DNA of 63,706 bases, counting the filler, from Octopus bimaculoides (Eukaryota), in NCBI RefSeq assembly GCF_001194135.2. It is 5 parts of 5 records of this genome, joined end to end, with 100 filler letters (N's around TTAATTAATTAA, not from the genome) between each part and the next. Parts side by side here need not be neighbours in the genome. Positions count along the whole stretch, not along the records: positions 50,401 to 62,051 come from NC_068987.1; positions 62,152 to 63,706 come from NC_068988.1; 3 more parts are not named here. One strand, 5' to 3'. Each line of letters begins with the position of its first letter. The stretch's first letter is position 1. Below the pieces are notes generated by a model. That model did not search any database and was not told the origin of the DNA. It saw only the letters and a list, made by a program, of their open reading frames with translations. This document shows positions 54,722 to 63,706 of this stretch, one piece after another. The position numbers were made by a program, and so were the translations under genes.

Positions 54722-56310
54722 CTGAAGGTAGATTTTTATGTCTTATGGACGACATCATTTGGAAAATAGATAACTCAGATTTGAATGACACGCAAGTCAT
54801 GATGAAATATTTTCACTTCTAAAAAGGTATTTTTAATGCCATTGTTCTATTGAACTGTTTTATAAAATTTGTGTCGTGTTTACAAAGATTATTCTTGTGT
54901 GAAGCGATTGTTTTGTTTTGTCTTTTTTTTTTTTTAATATATATAAGCTAAGAAAGGAGATAACTATATGTTTTGTTTTTATCCTTGATGTTAGAATGGG
55001 TCAATTCAAACTATAAACGTTCTATAAAGTAGAATGAAAGGAAAGAATAATACATTCCAAAAATTACCTCCAGATTGTAATCATTTCCATCTTTAAAGAA
55101 AAGTCTCATTTTATAAAACGTTTAACCCATAGGTTATGTGTATCCTGATTACCATCGACAAGAAATTTTAAGAACTTCGTAATATGCAAAACCAAAACAA
55201 CGACAACAACAATAATGATAATAATTAAATAAACAAATATGTGAACTCAATGCATCAGTTTCCCTATAATTGCTTGAATCCATTAAAGACTGTTGACGGT
55301 AGTCTCGGTGTGTGTGTTTATGAATTAATGTCTGTTCCAAATACATATACGATGGATTACTACTATGAAATAAGAGCTTAAAACGATTGTCTACACCTCA
55401 AAGAATATATTGGAAAATGGCTTGTGAAGTCGTTCGTAGCTAAACTGAAATTATTGGTTACAATAAAACATTTTCACAATATCCGCGACCCCAAGAGGAA
55501 CCAGATATACACATTTATATATATTTTCTGAATTATTTGTAAACATTCTGGTTCGAGAGTATCTTTGCCAGAATTTTGTATACATTGTTTGATGCTTTCA
55601 TAAGTGTCTTCAGAGCCTACTTGAAGCCACTGTTGCTCTCTGGCGGTGTTTGTACGTATTTTGAGAAATATTTCTGTGAATTGAGAACATGACAATCGAC
55701 TAGCTTTCTAACCGTGACCAACCTGTCTGTCTTTCTGGCATATTATATTCATGTTGGGTATTCAGAGATTTTAGTGATGATAAGCCAGTATTTACGAAAT
55801 ATTTAGTTGCAATTTCTTTCATTCGATTGAGTGCGTAAAAAGCTTGTCTGCTAGTTCATGTGATTGTTGTTGATGTTGTTACTAAGGATTGTAGCTTTGG
55901 TGGGTTTGTTGGTGATGAGGTTACTGATAAAAGCCAATGGAATTAGAAGGGGCGGAGGTGCTTTTGAAAGCGAGTGAGAAGATAAGAAGATGATCTGGGG
56001 ATGATGTACGAGTAATTTTTTCATTTTTTGTGTGACTTCGAGGAAATGAAGTGGCGATAACCCCCCGCCCCAACAGTCAAAGCTTATCCCTACTACCGAC
56101 CTCACTCGAAGACATGGATGTATAGATTTACGGAGCTGATCCCAATCTGTCCAACACTGTCACATTCGACTCTAGCATCAACTGATAAGAGCAAACGAAA
56201 GGCCTTAACATTTGCTAAATGTTAACAGTCATCATCCGGTTTCGATTCCTTGTTATACCTGCTTCACTTCACTTAAGTTTCTCACTGTCGGTCTATCTCT
56301 CACTCTCTTT

Positions 56311-56393
<83 letters not shown>

Positions 56394-56984
56394 CTTTTCT
56401 CTAAGTAGTTGGTTGGTTGGTTGGCTGGTTGGTTGGTTGCCTAGTTAAGGCTCTTGACGCCTTTAATTCTCTTCTCTCTCTCAATCCATTTTGTGTCTGT
56501 ACTCCTGCTTCTAAAGTTTAAATTTCCAAGTAGATAATACACATGACTCTTATGGGTTGTCCGTTCATGTCTTGTTGCTGGTATTGACAAAACCCTTACG
56601 TTGAGGAAGACGATTTCCTGTAGTCCTCAGACGGTAGGAAATACTAGGAAATAATTGAGCGATGTGAAGATGACTGGTTAACTTAAAAAAACTGTTATAA
56701 GCATTTCTTTCCAGGTTTATGGACCTTAATTGATATGAAGAAACATAATTTGTTGTCTAAACATATTTTAGAATGAGTGCACCTTAAAGGGGTCAAAAGA
56801 TAAAAATGGGAATTTTACATATTGACAGAACCCCTTTTGCTGTTGAGAGAATAAATTTGATTTAATTGAATTTAGAATCTTTCCACCACATTTTAACATC
56901 TTCAGTTGTTCCAATGAAATGTAAATCTAAAGTGGAGCCTGGTCAATCAGAATTGAAGAACAAAGTAAGGGAACAGTATAGATT

Positions 56985-57208
56985 CTAATATCCAACGCCC
57001 CACGGAGTAAATAAAGATACTGTCATTATGTTCGCGTTTAAGAAAGAGGGATATACTAAATAGAACATGCTCAATTGATATCGGGGATTGGGACAAATCA
57101 ATAACTGATACAATGTTTCAACTGCGGTTGCCGACATAGGAGTTTCATTTTCTTTAATAGAAATATTAAATTTTGGTTCACTTGAGACAGTTAAAATAAT
57201 CATTCCTT
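56985..57208 (-). CDS. Candidate terminal exon, unknown product
   Basis: ggcag|AA GGA ATG... is open to TAG at 56985 (GMIILTVSSEPKFNISIKENETPM...PWGVGY*); phase-compatible with 58880-59047. Confidence 0.2.
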
Positions 57209-58053
57209 CTGCCAAGCCAGTTGAAAATAACTCACAAACACACGCATACATTATATATATATACATATATNNNNNNNNNNNNNNNNNNNNNNNNNNNNNN
57301 NNNNNNNNNNNNNNNNNNNNNNNNNNNNNNNNNNNNNNNNNNNNNNNNNNNNNNNNNNNNNNNNNNNNNNNNNNNNNNNNNNNNNNNNNNNNNNNNNNNN
57401 NNNNNNNNNNNNNNNNNNNNNNNNNNNNNNNNNNNNNNNNNNNNNNNNNNNNNNNNNNNNNNNNNNNNNNNNNNNNNNNNNNNNNNNNNNNNNNNNNNNN
57501 NNNNNNNNNNNNNNNNNNNNNNNNNNNNNNNNNNNNNNNNNNNNNNNNNNNNNNNNNNNNNNNNNNNNNNNNNNNNNNNNNNNNNNNNNNNNNNNNNNNN
57601 NNNNNNNNNNNNNNNNNNNNNNNNNNNNNNNNNNNNNNNNNNNNNNNNNNNNNNNNNNNNNNNNNNNNNNNNNNNNNNNNNNNNNNNNNNNNNNNNNNNN
57701 NNNNNNNNNNNNNNNNNNNNNNNNNNNNNNNNNNNNNNNNNNNNNNNNNNNNNNNNNNNNNNNNNNNNNNNNNNNNNNNNNNNNNNNNNNNNNNNNNNNN
57801 NNNNNNNNNNNNNNNNNNNNNNNNNNNNNNNNNNNNNNNNNNNNNNNNNNNNNNNNNNNNNNNNNNNNNNNNNNNNNNNNNNNNNNNNNNNNNNNNNNNN
57901 NNNNNNNNNNNNNNNNNNNNNNNNNNNNNNNNNNNNNNNNNNNNNNNNNNNNNNNNNNNNNNNNNNNNNNNNNNNNNNNNNNNNNNNNNNNNNNNNNNNN
58001 NNNNNNNNNNNNNNNNNNNTGATTCACTGTTTATTTCTATTTTTCTGGACCAT

Positions 58054-58114
58054 ATTATACTGACGAGTAGAAGTTGTATAATACTACAATAACTACGAAA
58101 TCATGATCCATAAT
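58054..58114 (+). ncRNA. Minimal (type I) hammerhead ribozyme motif
   Basis: CUGACGA (58060-66), stem II GUAG/CUAC, GAAA (58097-100), palindromic stem III AUCAUGAU, AUC cleavage triplet (58106-08); stem I has 5 bp but a C-A mismatch at the first pair. Confidence 0.6.
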
Positions 58115-58879
58115 TTAGTTCGTTTTTAAGGGGTTGGCTTTGAGAGTTGCATTTCCTCGCATTCGGTAAAAATGTGCTTTTTATAGTAGTCTGACCTTAG
58201 AGTCCCTCATGGCGTGAGGCGTTATTATATAGTAATGCCCTTATATAAATATATATTTCGGGAATAAATGATGGATTTTTTTCCCTTATGAGGTTTTTTT
58301 CACGCTAGCTACTTGATAAATTCTTGTAAAAGAATTCGTCCTATTATTGAATTTATATATATATATATAAATATATTGTGTGTGTGTGCGTGTGTGTGTA
58401 TGTGCCTACGTCCGTCTGTACAAGAGGTAATTGCACTTCGCCTTTATTCGCCGGTTTCTCATTCACTGTGCTTTATCACTCGACACTGCATTAACGCAAA
58501 TAGAATTTGCAACTCAAGAAGAAAACTGAAATTCCTTTCCTAAAAGTAATAAATTGTGTTTCTTTTGCTTCGATATATTGGACCCTATCACTGAGGATCC
58601 TGGCTTTTATTCACCGGGTGAAGAATAAATAACAATGGCTTTTCATGGCCTTTATCTTCATTTTTTTTCTATCTTTTCTTTTTTTCAGGCAATAGCAGGG
58701 TATTTACTCAGCACTACTGGATATCTAAATAATCAATATTCACACCAGAGATCTATCTGAACTGAGTTGGTGTATTAAAGTGTCTTGGTTAAGAATGGGG
58801 TACAGTGACGATGACAAGATACGAAACCGTATATTTTATCTTATCGACGTGGCCATGTGTGCTTTCACGATTGTCTTAC

Positions 58880-59047
58880 TTATAATAATTATTTTCTGAG
58901 GAACCACAGGCAAAGACAGCCTGCTCCGTGCGTGATTTGAGTTCACTGTGGTGGCGTTAATGGAGGCAGTGTAGAGCCAGATTGGTTCCTTATCTGTAAT
59001 TGCTTTACATTGAAAGATAATTATCCATGCAGGTGGTGAAGACGGCG
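58880..59047 (-). CDS. Candidate symmetric phase-1 internal exon, unknown product
   Basis: ctag|cg ... A|gtaaga; 168 nt, open only in phase 1 (PSSPPAWIIIFQCKAITDKEPIWLYTAS...). The acceptor's pyrimidine tract is a (CT)n microsatellite, so it may be fortuitous. Confidence 0.25.
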
Positions 59048-59057
59048 CTAGTATCAG

Positions 59058-59104
<47 letters not shown>

Positions 59105-59772
59105 TCATGGAATTTCAGTGAAATACAACCAAAAAGGAGAATACGCCATATACATATGTATGTTAGATTGATAAATGTTAGCAAAATATTAATAAGTTAA
59201 TCTCAAGTGACAAAAGATAAGTCAGAAAGTCAAACAGAAAAATTGAGCGAGTTGGTAAATAAATAGAAGGATATATAACTGACAAACAGCTAGATAGATA
59301 TTAAGAGAAAACGAGAGAGAGAGAGAGATGGGGGAGTGGTCTATATATATTTGTATATATTTATTATGTACGTAATGGACACATTCGCATCAACGTCTTC
59401 TCTTTCGGTCAACAGAACGACCGATCCCTGAATTACTACGTGAAATAGCTGAGTATCCTATAGTCAAGTGTATGTAGCTTCAATGGAATTCTCAAGCACA
59501 GTCAGTGTGATACAATGTGACATTGGGACCAGATCCTTCAGCTTTGCTCTCGAAGTGAAGCTTTGGTAAAGAGACTTACCCAAGCTGTTCGTGGCGGATT
59601 TGAACCCGTTATCATATCCTTGTGTAGTAAACATCTTAACCGAGAGGAACTATAAGTTTCTCTGCATATATGTGAGTATGTATGTGCATGTGTGTCTGTG
59701 TCTGTGTGTGTTTGAATATATATATATGTGTGTGTGTGAGTGTGTATGTATATGTATATATATATATATATA

Positions 59773-59957
59773 TACGAGGGAGTGCTGAAAAGTTCCAGAC
59801 TGTAATGATGACGCGAAAGGTCCGGCTGGAGGCCTGAAGGACCACTGCAATAAGTGTGTGAATCTGGGTGGGGAATATTTGGAATAAAATCATAATTAAT
59901 TGATACTCCTGTATTTTCTTTCACCCCAAACCAGGAATTTTTCAATATCCCCTTATA
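59773..59957 (+). mobile_element. mariner-derived MITE
   Basis: TA-cgagggagtgctgaaaagttcc ... ggaatttttcaatatcccctta-TA; retains HCNKCVNLGGEYLE* (transposase C-terminus). Confidence 0.8.
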
Positions 59958-59961
59958 TATA

Positions 59962-60014
<53 letters not shown>

Positions 60015-60874
60015 AGATGAGCATTCCTATAGAACGAGGTACTTGAAAAGGTATTCCCCCAGGTGGAGTTGGGTAATGTCTGTACTTCCGGCCTGTGGTT
60101 GGTGAGAGTCGAAATATCAGATAAGGATATTTCGGTTGTGTACACAGAGAAAACCAACCCTATGAGCATTTAGCGCCTAAGGGGCTGGTCCAAATTACGT
60201 GTAACTTTGAGAAGTACATTGCTGGTGTATCTTAGGGTGTTCAACAAGTCGTAAATCCCCTTGCTGTATTATAATCAAATGAATAATATCATACGATGGA
60301 TAATTGCCAGGTCATTACAGCTGTTTCTTACGTAATTTTTACTAGAAAAATGAGAAAATTACATCATTATTAAAGGCCGTAATTATCAGATGAGAAGTAA
60401 TTTTACAAAATAAAAGAATATCCAGGAATACAGCAGAGATATGTCTGTCGAGACCAGCAATGAAAGTTTTATAACTCCTCTCCTTACCACAACCCAGTGC
60501 TTACCGTAATTTTCTCCTATAACCCAGTCCAGTCTACCCATGATCTAGTCTAGCAGACTCCTTCTCACCCAGATCACTGACCTTAGATATCAAATTACAC
60601 ACTTTAAAGAAGTTCATTCATAACCTAAACTGCCAACAGAGTTGCTCATTCTCCCATTCATAGCTGGCCTCGACAGACACATCTCTTTCATTTTGTAAAA
60701 TTACTTCTCATCTGCTAATTACGGTCTTTTATAATGATGTAATGCTCTCCTTATTCTATTAAAAGTTACATTAGAAACAGCTGTAGTGAGCTGACAATGG
60801 TCCATCGTATGTGATCATTCATTTTTTATATAGAGTATATATATATATATATATATATATAGATTTTTTACTGG

Positions 60875-61320
<446 letters not shown>

Positions 61321-61327
61321 AAAAGAA

Positions 61328-61365
61328 TGTATGTATGTATGTATGTATGTATGTTATTTTTGTAG

Positions 61366-61396
<31 letters not shown>

Positions 61397-61422
61397 TGTA
61401 TATACGTATGAACGTATGTATC

Positions 61423-61455
<33 letters not shown>

Positions 61456-61590
61456 GTGTATGTATGTATGTATGTATGTATATACGTATGAATGTATGTA
61501 TCTATATATGTATGTATGTATGTATGTATGCATATACGTATGAATGTATGTATCTATATATGTATGTATGTGTGTATGTATGTATGTATG
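61328..61590. repeat. (TATG)n with recurring higher-order variant motif
   Basis: tatacgtatgaa(c/t)gtatgtatctatatatg at about 61401, 61481 and 61533. Confidence 0.9.
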
Positions 61591-62000
61591 TCGGCCAACT
61601 CTTAATTTCAGTACGTTTCTTTTTAACTCGCTTTTTGAACAACACGAAGCTGGTGCCAATGTTTTAAGTGGTATTAAATAGAAATAGATAAACGAGATAG
61701 GGAAGGTCCGTGTTTGGTAGGTCAAAGTTGAAGATCTACTCGGGGAGAGAGGTCGCGTCTTTAAGTGACATTACCAGCATATTTGCGTACTTAGGATAAT
61801 TTCATCCGACTTATCTCTTATCTCGATGACGTTTCCTACGGTCACCTGATATCCCTCCCAACGAAAACATTATCACCATATATGGTATACACACACACAC
61901 ACACACACACACACAGATATACGTACACACGTACACTTCGTATGTGTGTGTGTGTGTTTGTCTGCCTCTCCTCTCACATCGCAAACATACATATATAGAA

Positions 62001-62044
<44 letters not shown>

Positions 62045-62151
62045 ATATATANNNNNNNNNNNNNNNNNNNNNNNNNNNNNNNNNNNNNNNNNNNNTTAAT
62101 TAATTAANNNNNNNNNNNNNNNNNNNNNNNNNNNNNNNNNNNNNNNNNNNN

Positions 62152-62192
<41 letters not shown>

Positions 62193-63296
62193 TGTAAAAA
62201 GGCTGACTGCAGATTCGTCCTTTAATCTGGAGGCTTCCCCCACCAAATTTCTAAAGTTGTTTCTTCATATTTTGCTGGTAGATTTCAGCGTAAATTTACG
62301 AATATGAAAATAATACTTGTAATAGATGTTTGGTGCATTTATGGAAAGAAATCCCATAAAAATCATAAATTTAGTTAAAAGTGGAAAAGATAAGTTGTTA
62401 AATTATTTAAAACATTTTATAAAAGCCATGCATATTCATGGTTGAATAGGATTACTTAAATTCATTAAATTAATTTTATATTAGTGCGAGCAGCATAAGC
62501 AAAATGTTTGCAAAGGACTTGATAAAGGAAATAGCAGAGGAGAATCGAGAGATTCATATTTATCCTTATGAGAAAAAGAGAGTTGTGTCCAGTTAGCTAT
62601 TAACTATAACTAAAGGCTATAACGGTTAATACCTAACTGGAGTCACGTCACTTTTCTCATAAATATAAATCTCCCAGATTCTCTAGGTCTGCTATTTCCT
62701 TTCTCAAGTTCATCGTAAATTTTGTTTATACTTCCTGCATTGAAGAGTACATTGATATATATAATTAGTTAATTTATTTTATTAATTTAATCTAATTCAA
62801 TTCAAGTTGTTTTCATCGCATGAAATGATTAGTTGGTCACAAAACCATACGAAAATCTATGTAATATGTTTATTAAATAGTAATTCTCTGTTACAAGATG
62901 GAATACTTTCTCGATAATTCTACTATCAGGGAACAGTACACTATATATGTATATAAAGTTTATGTGGTGTGCATGTATTTGTTTAAATATGTATATTTAC
63001 TCATCAGTGGTTGTTTATGAATTTATTCAAACAGATGGCATTATATTTTGCTCAACTTACTGCAATGAAAAATTCGTGGATAAAATTTACAATCCTTGTA
63101 TTTTTAGAAAGATAAATTCACATTGAAACTTACATACTTCTACTATACTAATAAGAGATTGTATTCACAAAACATATATCACTTCATAAAAGGCGGTAAA
63201 TGAATGTGCATGTAGACATACATACATACAAACATACATATAAACATACATATATACAGGCAAAAATATGTATTTAAATACATATACACATTTAAG

Positions 63297-63327
<31 letters not shown>

Positions 63328-63706
63328 ATATTTCCTCTATTTCTTTTCTATTTAGATATAGTAATAATTACCTATAGTTGAATATTTCTATTACCAAATT
63401 TTGCCAACGGACATAATGAGATAGATAATAAGTATATCTGCTCAGTGCAGCTTCGGATTCGAAATATGCATCTTCCTTCTTTCTTTTGTATTATTTAGAA
63501 AATTTCGAAATATATTTTAATTATATTGCTGTCTTTATTTCCAATTAACTCCTCATTAATTATCTCATGTCATATATTAATTAATTCCACAAAAAAATTT
63601 GGTTTTAAATTCTAAGGACGCTTAATGATTGTCCAGATAAAACAACCGACTCCTATACCTATATCAAAATGTGTGTGTGTATACGCATTTATATATATAT
63701 ATATAT

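Noticed and set aside
62960-63012. Minus-strand ccaCTGATGAg-taaat..attta, hammerhead-like
   Set aside because: GAAA half of the core and the cleavage triplet are missing.

Overview
Eukaryotic, AT-rich, gap-ridden draft genomic DNA. The SINE families and microsatellite load resemble octopus (coleoid cephalopod) DNA; this assignment is from recall, not a search. The window is dominated by microsatellites, three tRNA-derived SINE families and decayed transposons: L1/Tx1-like ORF1, RTE, R4/Dong-like RLE retrotransposons, Penelope-like elements, mariner/maT, hAT and MITEs. Almost all ORF-track entries are repeat or N artefacts. The best-supported host gene is a spliced minus-strand gene (exon 1 12080-12092, exon 2 10714-11046) for a secreted Cys-rich PAN/apple-like protein. 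A diverged, head-to-head copy of its first exon lies at about 14.75-14.9 kb. Other notable items are two minimal hammerhead-ribozyme motifs (15626-15670, 58054-58114), RLE retroelements embedded in (CATA)n or (AAT)n tracts, and fold-back/inversion scars in these elements. I found no prokaryotic systems, CRISPR arrays, rRNA or genuine tRNA genes, and no strong evidence for a wholly new biological system.
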